A DNA stretch of 64,000 nucleotides from an uncultured Gammaproteobacteria bacterium (lineage in GTDB: Bacteria > Patescibacteriota > Patescibacteriia > UBA1558 > 2-01-FULL-52-15): contig CAZIOU010000003.1 in assembly GCA_964540995.1 (NCBI GenBank), forward strand, positions 576-64,575, read 5' to 3'. Made by a program: the position numbers and the translations under genes. Below are positions 28,700 through 38,274 of the stretch, piece after piece (position 1 is the first letter of the stretch; each line of letters begins with the position of its first letter). The notes beneath the pieces were generated by a model. That model saw only the letters and a list, made by a program, of their open reading frames with translations, had not been told where the DNA came from and searched no databases.

Positions 28700-30362
28700 T
28701 CGCTTAGCCTCACATGAATTACGTGATCTGATCGTCAAGCCGGGATTTATCACCGCCGATGAATTTCAAGCCGCTATCAATGAAGCGCAGCACAGCGGTA
28801 AATCATTGGCTACCGTTATATTGGAGAAAAGTTTCCTCACGACTGAAGAGCTAACTCGTCTAGCGTCAGATCATTTTCAGATCCCTTTCGTGCAACTTAG
28901 TCGGGTGTCGATCCCAGCTGATGTCATACAAGCTATCCCCGAATTAGTGGCACAAGAACATCGGGCCGTTGCTTTTGGTTCAGATACTGCGGGAATCAAA
29001 GTTGCTTTCGTCGATCCGCTCGACACCACTGCTATTGAGACCTTGAAGAAAGCAGTAGAACATCCGATCATTGTCTGTGCTGCGACTGAAGATGACGTGG
29101 CGGCTGCTTTGGGTGCGTACCCACATCACTACCTTGATGGGATCAAAGAATTAGCTTTAGCCGCAGCCAAACAGCAAGGAGATAGTAGTGGCATTAGTGA
29201 CGGTCTGATTAAACTGTTTGAATCGTTGCTCAACTATGCAGTAGTCAATCACGCCTCGGATATTCACCTCGAGCCGTATGAAGATCGTTTCTTAGTTCGG
29301 TATCGTATCGATGGAGTCATGCATCATGTTATAGACCTACCTAAGGCCATAGGACTGCCTATAATCAATCGAATCAAGGTATTGGGTAAGATGAAGCTTG
29401 ATGTTAAGAATACGCCGCAGGATGGCAAATTTCGCTTCGGACAAGGAACGGCTGCTATCGATATCCGCGCCTCAATCGCGCCATTAGTTACCGGTGAGAA
29501 AGTTGTCTTACGTTTACTCAGTAGTCGTCATCGGTCATTAAATTTGGGTGATCTTGGTTTGTCGGCTGATCAACTTAAAGCCCTAGGTGCATTAGCTATG
29601 AAGAAGCAGGGTATGATTGTTTCTTGCGGTCCGAGTGGTTCTGGTAAAACAACAACCCTGTATGCTCTACTGAAGAAAATGAATTCGGAGCAAGTTACGA
29701 TTGCTAGTATTGAAGATCCAGTAGAGTATGATCTAGAAGGAGTCAACCAATTGCAAGTGAATGAAGCTTTCAGTCTTTCGTTTAGCGAAGGATTGAAAGT
29801 AATTTTGCGACAGGATCCAGACATCATCATGATTAGTGCCATTCGCGATATTGCTACGGCGCATCTGGCCAATAATGCCGCTCTGACGGGGCACTTGGTT
29901 TTGACCAGTCTAGACGGTACTGATGCTGTCAGTGCTATTGGTCGACTGCGTGAGCTCGAGCTTGATCCTTTCCCCTTGGCTACAAGTTTGCAAGGAATCA
30001 TCGGGCAGCGACTGGTGCGCAAAATTTGTTTCAACTGTCGTATTAGTTATGATCTTAATGACAAAGAGCGGGAAGTACTGGCGCAGCAGTTTCGATTGAC
30101 ACCAGAACAAACCCCCAAACATCTCTATCGAGGTAAGGGTTGTGATGTCTGCGGACAAACTGGTTATCGTGGTCGGGTAGGACTATTTGAAGTATTAGAA
30201 ATTACCGAAGCACTTCGTCAAATGATAATCGATAATCAACCATCCGAAGCGTTGGCTAAAGCGGTACAAACGGCTGGCTGGCGCAGTTTGCGGCTGGACG
30301 CTATAGACAAAGTCTCGTCCGGTCTGACGACGGCGGACGAGGCGTTTCAAGTTTTGTTATAA
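28689..30362 (+). CDS. pilB: type IV pilus assembly / type II secretion ATPase (PilB/GspE family)
   Basis: GSPII_E N-terminal domain, Walker A 'GPSGSGKTTT', tetracysteine 'CFNC..CDVCGQTGYRGR'. ATG at 28689 overlaps the regulator stop codon. Confidence 0.9.
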   Translation: MLADRLASHELRDLIVKPGFITADEFQAAINEAQHSGKSLATVILEKSFLTTEELTRLASDHFQIPFVQLSRVSIPADVIQAIPELVAQEHRAVAFGSDTAGIKVAFVDPLDTTAIETLKKAVEHPIIVCAATEDDVAAALGAYPHHYLDGIKELALAAAKQQGDSSGISDGLIKLFESLLNYAVVNHASDIHLEPYEDRFLVRYRIDGVMHHVIDLPKAIGLPIINRIKVLGKMKLDVKNTPQDGKFRFGQGTAAIDIRASIAPLVTGEKVVLRLLSSRHRSLNLGDLGLSADQLKALGALAMKKQGMIVSCGPSGSGKTTTLYALLKKMNSEQVTIASIEDPVEYDLEGVNQLQVNEAFSLSFSEGLKVILRQDPDIIMISAIRDIATAHLANNAALTGHLVLTSLDGTDAVSAIGRLRELELDPFPLATSLQGIIGQRLVRKICFNCRISYDLNDKEREVLAQQFRLTPEQTPKHLYRGKGCDVCGQTGYRGRVGLFEVLEITEALRQMIIDNQPSEALAKAVQTAGWRSLRLDAIDKVSSGLTTADEAFQVLL

Positions 30363-30363
30363 G

Positions 30364-30753
30364 TTAGCGGGCAGTAAAGGTGGCGGAGATGATCTGACCA
30401 CTTTTGTTTTGGGCGGGTAGATCTTGGGAAGCGATGAATTTGAGATCGCTATTGTCAGCATGCATAACTACCAGATATTGTTTGCCGCCTTGGAGTTTGT
30501 CAGCGGTAGCGATAGTAATATTGGAGCTCGATCCGATGGGGTAGAGGATGCTCAAACCGAGGATTTTGCCTGGTTGGCCGTTATCGTTCTCATGCACCAC
30601 CAGATAACCAGGAGTATCGAACGTGACTTTCTTGATAACTACACGGTCGCCACTAGCGCTAATGCCAGAGAGCGGTCCTGATTGGCCCAGGGAGCAGCCA
30701 GAAATGATCAATAATACGCCAGCCATCAAGGTGGCGAAAAGTAGCTTTTTCAT
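30364..30753 (-). CDS. lipoprotein, hypothetical
   Basis: Lipobox 'LLIISGCS'. Confidence 0.5.
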   Translation of the reverse strand: MKKLLFATLMAGVLLIISGCSLGQSGPLSGISASGDRVVIKKVTFDTPGYLVVHENDNGQPGKILGLSILYPIGSSSNITIATADKLQGGKQYLVVMHADNSDLKFIASQDLPAQNKSGQIISATFTAR

Positions 30754-30818
30754 GTATATAGTATAGCATGCACGGCGGGTAGTGATAAGCTTTCTGTGCT
30801 ATTATTACTGCGTTTACT

Positions 30819-31532
30819 ATGAAAGTTTGGATTCATCTCAATACGTATAACGAGGCTGATAATCTGGAACCGATAGTGCGGTCTATTTTGGCGCAGCAAC
30901 TCGGTGATTTCACCTTGGCTATCGTTGATGATAATTCTCCTGATGGCACCGGTCACATCGCCGACACGTTAGCCCTTGAAGATAGACGAATTACAGTTAT
31001 CCACCGCCCTGCCAAAGAAGGTATTGGCCCAGCTTATCGGGCTGGTTTCAAGCAGGCTCTGGCCGGTGACTATGATGCTTGTATTCAGATTGATGCTGAC
31101 TTCTCTCATGACGCTGCTGATTTGCCACGGCTGATCGCTGCGCTTACAAATTCTGCCGATATTGTTATTGGTTCTCGCTATGTGCCTGGTGGTCGGGTAG
31201 AGGGTGTGCCTTTGTACCGTCAATGGATCAGCCGTTTAGGTAATTGGTATATCGAGAAGAAACTTCATCTGCCAGTCAATGATGTTACGGCTGGTTTCGT
31301 GGGATTTCGACGAAGTGCTTTGGAGCAGCTCGATATCACTACTATCGGATCATTTGGTTATGCTTGGCAGATCGAAACGAAGGTGCGTGCCGTTCGATTG
31401 AAATTATCTATCGTCGAATTGCCGATAATCTTTCGCGAGCGCCGAGCTAACCAATCTAAATTTACTTGGTCGATTGCCCAGGAGTGCATCGCGGTAGTCA
31501 ATCGTATAGCAATTTCTAACCATGATCACTAA
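30819..31532 (+). CDS. GT2 polyprenyl-phosphate glycosyltransferase (Dpm1-like)
   Basis: 'NTYNEADNL', 'IVDDNSPDGT', 'DADFSHD'. Confidence 0.85.
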   Translation: MKVWIHLNTYNEADNLEPIVRSILAQQLGDFTLAIVDDNSPDGTGHIADTLALEDRRITVIHRPAKEGIGPAYRAGFKQALAGDYDACIQIDADFSHDAADLPRLIAALTNSADIVIGSRYVPGGRVEGVPLYRQWISRLGNWYIEKKLHLPVNDVTAGFVGFRRSALEQLDITTIGSFGYAWQIETKVRAVRLKLSIVELPIIFRERRANQSKFTWSIAQECIAVVNRIAISNHDH

Positions 31533-33231
31533 GTTACGCCGCTGGTGGCCTGAATTATTATCGGCAGCGATTATCATTAGTCTGCTTTTCTGGCGTCTAG
31601 ATTGGACTGGTATGCTGGGTGATGAGGCGGCCTATGCGGTACGATCGTGGCGTTGGGTTGATTTCCTCTTCTCGCCCTATCAGACTACACCCTGGCAGTG
31701 GTATAACCCCTTGCCCTGGTGGGTTTTCTTGTCTTTTCATGACGCGCCACCGCTGGCGTTCTGGTGGCAGCATGGTGCGCAAACTCTGTTTGGCGCTACT
31801 ACCTGGACAACACGTTTGCCGGGGGTACTAGCTGGTATCGGTGTGGCTGCTTTGGTCTACGACTGTTTGCAACAAACATTTTCGCGACGTACTGCTGTGG
31901 TGGGGTTGCTTATACTTGCAACTCTGACGCCCTTTTATTGGTTGCAACGGACTGCTTTGCTGGAACCAACGATGATGCTGTGGATAATGTTGGCTATTGC
32001 TGCCTTTCTACGAGCCGCTAAGCAACCGCGCTGGTATCTGGCTATTGGAGCCGCTCTTGGACTCGCGCTCCTGACGAAGTACACCGCTTTATTTGTGTTG
32101 CCCGCATTGCTGATTATTATTATCTGGCGCCGTAGAAGTGCTTTGAAACAGCGCCAAATATGGTCCGGTGTCGGTCTGATGATTATCCTGCAATATCCAG
32201 TACTTCTTTATAATCTGCTGATGTACAAGAGTCGAGGACACGCTGATGTACAGATCGCAGCTTTATTACGTCAGACCAATCGCGATTGGCCGATCTTATC
32301 CACACAGGTCAGTACGAGCTGGTGGCAATCATTGGTAAGCCTAGTTCAAAATGTGACTGATCTCTATGCTTGGCCAATGATCATACTTATTATCTTGGTT
32401 CTGGTGCTACTCGGGTTGAAGAAGGTCTGGCGACAAGCTACCAACTATTGGTTGTTACTTGGTCTTTTGGCTCTTGGGTGGATTGTCTTCATGCTGCTGA
32501 CACGACAGGACGCCCGCTTCATCGCTACCGGTTATATTTTCGTTCCCTTGCTTGTAGCGCCACTGGTGACTGCTTGGAGCTACCAATTTCGTTGGTATAG
32601 TCTGATAGTAGTATTACTGCTAGTAATATCATTATTTTATAATCTGCAAACAAATTATTTACCGCAACAGTGGGGGAGCGTTCGCTGGACTTATTCAGCG
32701 TTCCATGGTCGAGGATATGGCTTATTAGCGACGGAGCACTACCTAGCTGCTTTGACTGCTGGTCATCAACCAGATGTATTATTACAGGACGATTATTATC
32801 GACAGTTTGATCCTCGAGTTGCTAAAGAGAAAATATTTGATTTTACAGCCGATGCTTCGGTTTCCAAGGAGCCGGTGTTATCGGATATTATTATCTACGA
32901 TCAGAGAATCAATTGGTTTGCGGAGATTTGGTATTTCAAACGAATCTTTTATTTCCAACGTTTCATGGTCATTAGCACGCGAGATTTAGTAAAGTTTCAC
33001 GAGCAATTTCCTCAAGAATATTTAGATATTACCAGCGGCAAAAATTTTCATTATTTTCAAATAACTGATAGTGATTTGATTGATAAAGTTGCTGGGCTTG
33101 ATAGTGTCAACACGCAAGCAGAAAAGTTACTAACTGCTTCAGGTGAAACGATGTTACCGAGCCCGACTGGTCAATCCGCCTTCAAATTGTACACCGGAGT
33201 TTTCCCAGTCGGAGCTGTGCCTAAGCCCTAG
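31522..33231 (+). CDS. GT-C fold integral membrane glycosyltransferase (PMT/ArnT-like)
   Basis: More than 10 TM helices and a luminal C-terminal domain; overlaps the Dpm1-like gene, suggesting a functional pair. Confidence 0.6.
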   Translation: MITKLRRWWPELLSAAIIISLLFWRLDWTGMLGDEAAYAVRSWRWVDFLFSPYQTTPWQWYNPLPWWVFLSFHDAPPLAFWWQHGAQTLFGATTWTTRLPGVLAGIGVAALVYDCLQQTFSRRTAVVGLLILATLTPFYWLQRTALLEPTMMLWIMLAIAAFLRAAKQPRWYLAIGAALGLALLTKYTALFVLPALLIIIIWRRRSALKQRQIWSGVGLMIILQYPVLLYNLLMYKSRGHADVQIAALLRQTNRDWPILSTQVSTSWWQSLVSLVQNVTDLYAWPMIILIILVLVLLGLKKVWRQATNYWLLLGLLALGWIVFMLLTRQDARFIATGYIFVPLLVAPLVTAWSYQFRWYSLIVVLLLVISLFYNLQTNYLPQQWGSVRWTYSAFHGRGYGLLATEHYLAALTAGHQPDVLLQDDYYRQFDPRVAKEKIFDFTADASVSKEPVLSDIIIYDQRINWFAEIWYFKRIFYFQRFMVISTRDLVKFHEQFPQEYLDITSGKNFHYFQITDSDLIDKVAGLDSVNTQAEKLLTASGETMLPSPTGQSAFKLYTGVFPVGAVPKP

Positions 33232-33294
33232 TGCAAAAAACCCAAGAAAATGCTATTATTTCAAAGATAATTAATCAATTAAGATTATCCACAT

Positions 33295-33579
33295 ATGGCA
33301 AAAGGTATTACTAAGTCTCAAATGCTTGAGGCATTAGCCACCAAGACCGGTCACTCCAAGAAGGATGTGGCTGCAATGTTGGAAGCTGTAGCTAACCTAG
33401 CTTACAGCGAAGTTAAGAAAAACGGAGAAATTACCATCCCAGGAATTGGTAAATTGGTCAAGAAGCACCGTGCAGCTCGCATGGGTCGCAACCCGGCCAC
33501 TGGCGCAGAGATCAAAATCCCAGCCAAAACCGTAGTAAAGTTCAAGGTTGCAAAGGCTGCCAAGGACGCTATTCTATAG
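33295..33579 (+). CDS. hup: DNA-binding protein HU
   Basis: 'GFGKF', arm 'RMGRNPATGAEIKIPA'. Confidence 0.9.
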   Translation: MAKGITKSQMLEALATKTGHSKKDVAAMLEAVANLAYSEVKKNGEITIPGIGKLVKKHRAARMGRNPATGAEIKIPAKTVVKFKVAKAAKDAIL

Positions 33580-33649
33580 GAATTAGCTTGTAGGTTGTAG
33601 CCTGTAGGGACAGGTCTTGACCTGTCCTGTAGGTTAGTAGCAAATCAAA

Positions 33650-33712
33650 AAATACTCCTTTTCTTAAGGACGCTCAGCGCCTGCAAGAAGAGGAGTATTT
33701 GTTATTGACAAA
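33650..33712 (+). terminator. long imperfect hairpin terminator after hup
   Basis: AATACTCCTTTTCTT..AAGAAGAGGAGTATT followed by TGTTATTG. Confidence 0.55.
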
Positions 33713-33931
33713 ATAGTTAAAACTTATTGTTAAAAAATACCCCCAACCGTTAGGTCGGGGGTTGAAAGCTGATTTGGTTCAGTTCGCTATTGAGGCGAAC
33801 CTGTCCATGAGATAGGGTAGCCAGCAGATCACCGTGCCGTAAGAATGTCCACAACATGTAGCCGTAGACAGCCAGACAGGCTAGTAGTAGATTCCTCGGA
33901 AGCGGATATGTCCTATGCTTTGACATCTCCT

Positions 33932-34393
33932 TCAGCCCTTGTGGTCGGCGGGAGTGATGTGACACAGAACTCGGTCTCCCTCCATGAGTGCCACTGAACC
34001 ACCGCGATCGTCCATCAAAGCTGTGAGATATGCGATAAAATCACTGTAACTCCTCGAGCTTCTAAAGAATACCTTCCATTCACTCAACTGCAGAGAACGC
34101 TTGGGGGTCTGGTTTGACCTCGGCATAACTAGGCCTAGGAATTTGCCATTGGCCATGATTGGGGTGGGGAAGTCACCATTCGCATCGATGGTACTTGTGA
34201 GAATCTCAAAAAATGTCGCTGCCGCCTTGTCATCTTTGAAGAAGCCAACAGGAGTTGGTTGATCGCTGGGCGGAGTTTGGAATTGTTTGATCAGAGCAAA
34301 AACCTTATCATAGGCGGCAGAGGCGTCTTGATCGATGAAAAGGTGGCGGTAATGGGCCAACTCAATAAGTACTTTGTTGGGTGTCTCAGACAT
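33932..34393 (-). CDS. hypothetical protein
   Basis: AAGGAG 8 nt upstream of the ATG on the minus strand. Confidence 0.5.
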   Translation of the reverse strand: MSETPNKVLIELAHYRHLFIDQDASAAYDKVFALIKQFQTPPSDQPTPVGFFKDDKAAATFFEILTSTIDANGDFPTPIMANGKFLGLVMPRSNQTPKRSLQLSEWKVFFRSSRSYSDFIAYLTALMDDRGGSVALMEGDRVLCHITPADHKG

Positions 34394-34480
34394 GGAACAA
34401 CTCCTTGGTTGAGAGCGGTGGTGTAAAGGAACGGAGCGTAATGAAACTACTAGATTTAGCTAATTTAGTCAATAAAAAGT

Positions 34481-34840
34481 GCCGCCTAAGTTTCCTTAGG
34501 CGGCGATCTGCTACATGGCCCCTTGCGAACAAGGGATAGCGACTTGTTTAAGGTCATCTATTATTGCCGCAGCAGAAGGAAGGTGGAGGCAGCGTTCAAA
34601 CTTACTAGAGCTCTACGGAACCTAAGTTTCCTTAGGCAGGTCCATGGAGAGTTTGGTAACTCTACCGTAGTAACTATAGCAGCGAGTCTGCCTCCAATGA
34701 TAAGGTACGATCCCCTCGAATGCTATCGTAGGATAGCTCGCGACCGTCCCGCTGGAAGCATTTCAACGGGATCGCACCAAAATGGCTGGGTGGCTCACAG
34801 AGTGGTCAAAAAATCGCGTGTTCGACCCAGAGCGTCCTCC
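34481..34840. ncRNA. candidate structured RNA or decayed RNA gene, identity unresolved
   Basis: About 360-bp GC-enriched non-coding stretch with many stable hairpins (GCCGCCTAAG-TTTCC-TTAGGCGGC; CCCCTTG-CGAA-CAAGGG; GGAGGCAG..CTGCCTCC long-range pair). The only ORF is Arg-rich junk. It lies next to a tyrosine integrase, a classic tmRNA/tRNA context. I could not find tmRNA (GGGG..TCCACCA, T-loop) or RNase P (AAGUCCGG, GGUAAGAGCGCACC) signatures. Confidence 0.3.
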
Positions 34841-35037
34841 TTTTACAAGTAAGAACAACTCATCTCTGTGAGACGCACCCAAAGGTACAATATAAGGGGG
34901 TACAACCGGAACAGCTTCGGCCTTACACTAACACTCGTTTGAGGTTAGATGACTGTAACCGGTCGTACCCGCAACCAGCGCACTTTAGCACACTGGTCTA
35001 ATGTGTCAAATTATTTCAGGGGGTATTTGGCACTATG

Positions 35038-35589
35038 TCACAAGCGCTGTCGACACTCATATATCTTAAACTCGATCACTTCATTTTCGTTGGGTATGTA
35101 TAGAATGGTCGCGTCCTTCATACTTGAGAGATTGTAGGCAAGTTTGTATAGACTCGTTGTTCCGATTTCAACATAAATCTTTTGATTATCTTTTTCGGCC
35201 AGTAAGTCTGCGGTTCCAAAATTGGTATGAGGTTCCTGTAATATAGTGTAGTCTTCGAATTCAAAATAGTTAACTACTTTATTCATCATATCAAAATGCC
35301 AATCGGCACCATGTTTTTTCGTTAGATTCTTACGGTTTACTGAATGGCCAGTGTGTTCCCATAGAGTAGAGGATTTTAGCTCCTTCACCGCGACGTCACC
35401 AGTAACTATGAGGATAGCAATGTGCCTCAAAAGGCATTTAGAGCATGAAATGGGTTCATTGATATGAGGACTCTGAGCTTGCTGAATTTTCGAACTTAGC
35501 CATTGTATTTCTTTATGAAGGTGTTTCTCTACAACATCCCAGGGTAAACTTGATGGTTGTTTATTCATTCTTGATATCCTTTCCACCAT
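35038..35589 (-). CDS. hypothetical protein, possibly PD-(D/E)xK-type nuclease
   Basis: 'GTADLLAEKDNQKIYVEIG' resembles a D..E.K core. It overlaps the integrase 3' end by 29 nt. Confidence 0.4.
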   Translation of the reverse strand: MVERISRMNKQPSSLPWDVVEKHLHKEIQWLSSKIQQAQSPHINEPISCSKCLLRHIAILIVTGDVAVKELKSSTLWEHTGHSVNRKNLTKKHGADWHFDMMNKVVNYFEFEDYTILQEPHTNFGTADLLAEKDNQKIYVEIGTTSLYKLAYNLSSMKDATILYIPNENEVIEFKIYECRQRL

Positions 35590-36517
35590 GATATTTGCTG
35601 TGAATATCTTTTAGTTGTTTATTAGTAACATGTGTATAGATCTGAGTAGTGGCAATATTTTTGTGTCCTAGAAATTCTTGTACTAATCTTAGGTCAACGC
35701 CATGAATAAGTAGGTCGGTGGCATAGGAGTGTCTCAGTGTATGTGGTGAAGCGTCTAGTGCAATACCAGCTAGGCGCGTATATTTCTGCACGATACGCTC
35801 CATAGAACGAGGTGTCAGACGATTAGCTTTGGAGGCGATATTAAAGCTATGTGAAATAAATAGTGCTTTGTCATCATCATTACGTTCATGAAGATACTTC
35901 TGTAACCAGTCGAGACAACGAACCGAAAAATAAACGGTTCTTACACGATTACCTTTACCGATAACCGGCACTTCCAGACTAATCTTTTGTTGCTTAGCGG
36001 GTATTCGCTCCTTATTGAGTGCCGTTAGTTCTGAAACTCGCAAACCAGTGGAGAATAGGGTTTCTAAGATAGCTCTATCTCGAAGTCCAATGATAGTTTC
36101 TAAATCAGGTGTAAGCAGTAAACGTTCAATTTGATCGAGAGATAAAAATTTTATTTTTTGACCTGATTTATCGTCCTTAGCCAATTTTACCTTATCAGGT
36201 GCTATGCAGGGTATATTCTTGTCACTGAAATAACTTAATAATGATCTTAGAGCAATTAGATAATAATTTTGAGTAGTGCGTTTGAGTGGTTTGTCATTCG
36301 AAGTATTCCTTTTCGACAAGAAAATTCTATATTGCCAAAGCAGGTCAGTCGTCAAAAGAGGGGGAGTGAGATCGGGTTGCTTAATTGTTTGAAGCCAGTC
36401 AGTAAATTTTTTTAGATAGCGATCATAATTAATTTGAGTAGTCTGAGATAGACCGCGTTCAATTTCTAGATATTCTAATAAATCTGGGATGTAAGCTCGG
36501 ATCGATTTGTAAACCAT
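35561..36517 (-). CDS. tyrosine-type site-specific recombinase/integrase
   Basis: 'TLRHSYATDLLIHGVDLRLVQEFLGHKNIATTQIYTHV' (R..H..R..Y catalytic set) and an N-terminal SAM-like core-binding domain. Confidence 0.9.
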   Translation of the reverse strand: MVYKSIRAYIPDLLEYLEIERGLSQTTQINYDRYLKKFTDWLQTIKQPDLTPPLLTTDLLWQYRIFLSKRNTSNDKPLKRTTQNYYLIALRSLLSYFSDKNIPCIAPDKVKLAKDDKSGQKIKFLSLDQIERLLLTPDLETIIGLRDRAILETLFSTGLRVSELTALNKERIPAKQQKISLEVPVIGKGNRVRTVYFSVRCLDWLQKYLHERNDDDKALFISHSFNIASKANRLTPRSMERIVQKYTRLAGIALDASPHTLRHSYATDLLIHGVDLRLVQEFLGHKNIATTQIYTHVTNKQLKDIHSKYHGGKDIKNE

Positions 36518-37079
36518 AGAGGAGTGTTAATTATTAGTTGTTGTGGACAACTATAGTATGTCGCACAATATATGTAAAGCGACATGTAAATAATAACGTA
36601 TCCCAATAAAGCCGTCAAACGCTACAGTAATGATCGTTTTGACCCTGTGCCCTACTACGTAAATCAAATTTTGAATTCAAGGTACAATATGACCTGAAAT
36701 TTCAATTTGTACGCTCTTCTATCGGTTTCGTCCGTTACTCCTATCTCTTTAGCTACGACGCATTTAAAGCCTCGTTTGAGGATGGCTACGGTACTCGGTA
36801 CTAGGTGCTCGTTTAGATCTATTAGGGCATCTATGACCTAAGTCGCTCTTAGTGACACTAGCTAGCACTTATTCAGTTAATGCGCTTTGGGTCATCTATG
36901 ACCTGAATTGGTAAATTTAAATTCAACTGACGTTCGTGTTGGATAGATCAGACCACTACGGCTCGTTTCGAATTATGTTTAGGAGGTATGTCGCCTCCAA
37001 AAATGCACTGGTGGGCTATGTGTCGTAAAATATATTGCTGCATGGGACTCGGTACTAGGTGCTCGGGACTCGAAAAGAA

Positions 37080-37110
37080 ACACCGCCTCGATGTTTGAGA
37101 CGGTGTTGTG
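37080..37110 (-). terminator. rho-independent terminator of the serS-alr-ftsQ transcription unit
   Basis: On the minus strand: AACACCGTCTC-AAACATC-GAGGCGGTGTT followed by TCTTTTC. Confidence 0.6.
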
Positions 37111-37132
37111 GACGTTGGGCGTCCGAAGATTA

Positions 37133-37393
37133 TTAGTTGCGAATGGGCTTACGACCGCGCTTGGCTGCTGGCGGTCGACGGGTGAAGGGATTGATCAGGT
37201 CATGACGGGCAATCCAGGCTGATAGACATGATCTGGCGCCGCCCTCCTCTATTTCGAAATCGGTGGCTTGGAATGAACTACCTCCAATGGCAAATATTCC
37301 ATGAATCTCGTCGGCAATTTGTTGGCGTTCGGGCTTGCGAACAATGAATGGAGTCTCTTCAACTTTCTTTCGCCATACCCTGCACCTGATCAT
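37133..37393 (-). CDS. hypothetical small protein
   Basis: 86-aa ORF at the operon end. Confidence 0.35.
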   Translation of the reverse strand: MIRCRVWRKKVEETPFIVRKPERQQIADEIHGIFAIGGSSFQATDFEIEEGGARSCLSAWIARHDLINPFTRRPPAAKRGRKPIRN

Positions 37394-37428
37394 GGTCTTT
37401 TCCGCCCTGGTTAGAAGTGGGAAAGCAA

Positions 37429-38274
37429 CTACTTGAAATAAACATGATCTCCAAAACGAAGATCAACATACTGGATAGTAGCAGGAATTACATTTTGGTC
37501 AAGCAGGTCACGCAGACGCTGGATCTGTGGACCAAAGGCATCGCTAGAACTGAAAAGGACGCGGTAGCCTCGTGAAGTTGAGACGATTAGCTGTCGGTCA
37601 TCATCGTTGAGGTGGAATTTGCTGATAGTAATCATGTCAGTTGGGAAATTCCAGGCCTGACGAATGGCTGACGCTTTTTCTAAATAGTCAGTACTAATCC
37701 ATTGACTGCGGTCAGAACGCTCATCAGCAATGACTACATTGGTAGGGATCGTCGTGCTAGCTAGATCTCCTAGTTGCTGCCCGCGATAATCCAATTGGGT
37801 GAAAGCTTCTGGAGTCTGTCGCACGAAGGGTAAGATACGTTCCTCGCCTTTGATGTGTAATGTATTGGGGAACTGCTTCCGTATGATTACATTCTTGAGC
37901 CAGAAATCGTCAGTTAATTGTTGCTGTAATTTTCCTGATTTAAATAAAAGAAAATTACTATTTTTAAAGATTAGCCAGCGATGCTGCTGCAAAACCGGAT
38001 TAATACGTTGATCAAGCTGCTCTCGTGGTATATCGGGTAAGCCTTCGATAGTGACGTGACTCAATGCCAGCCATGGCACCTGGAAGATACTCTGCCCGAT
38101 CAAAAATATTGCAATGATCCCCATTACTAGATAAGCGCGAGACATCGTCCTTTGGGCCGGTGGTTCGCGGTAATAGTCATAGACTTGCCGCCGACGAGGT
38201 TCGTTGGCTACACGAGTCGTATCGAGTCGGTAGAAACGATTACTAGGAGTTTGTTGACGCTTCTTCAGGAACAT
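37429..38274 (-). CDS. ftsQ: cell division protein FtsQ/DivIB-like (POTRA)
   Basis: Cytoplasmic basic N-terminus, one TM, POTRA 'VTIEGL', C-terminal 'VDLRFGDHVYFK'. Confidence 0.7.
   Translation of the reverse strand: MFLKKRQQTPSNRFYRLDTTRVANEPRRRQVYDYYREPPAQRTMSRAYLVMGIIAIFLIGQSIFQVPWLALSHVTIEGLPDIPREQLDQRINPVLQQHRWLIFKNSNFLLFKSGKLQQQLTDDFWLKNVIIRKQFPNTLHIKGEERILPFVRQTPEAFTQLDYRGQQLGDLASTTIPTNVVIADERSDRSQWISTDYLEKASAIRQAWNFPTDMITISKFHLNDDDRQLIVSTSRGYRVLFSSSDAFGPQIQRLRDLLDQNVIPATIQYVDLRFGDHVYFK

Noticed and set aside
33750-33965. 71-aa minus-strand ORF.
   Set aside because: It overlaps the terminator hairpins after hup and the start region of the 153-aa gene, has no RBS and has an odd composition.
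34481-34840. Assignment of this region as tmRNA (ssrA) or RNase P RNA.
   Set aside because: The minus-strand start GGAGGACGCUCUGGGUCGAAC is loosely similar to tmRNA 5' ends, and a ...GCCGCCUAA frame exists on the plus strand. However, no matching 3' acceptor/T-arm, no convincing tag ORF and no RNase P P4 sequences (AAGUCCGG, ACAGAA.CCGGCUUA) were found. It is kept only as an unassigned RNA candidate.
34523-34852. 109-aa ORF in the plus strand of the non-coding block next to the integrase.
   Set aside because: It is Arg-rich and has no RBS. It lies entirely within a GC-rich hairpin-dense region, which is more consistent with structured RNA or decayed sequence than with a protein.
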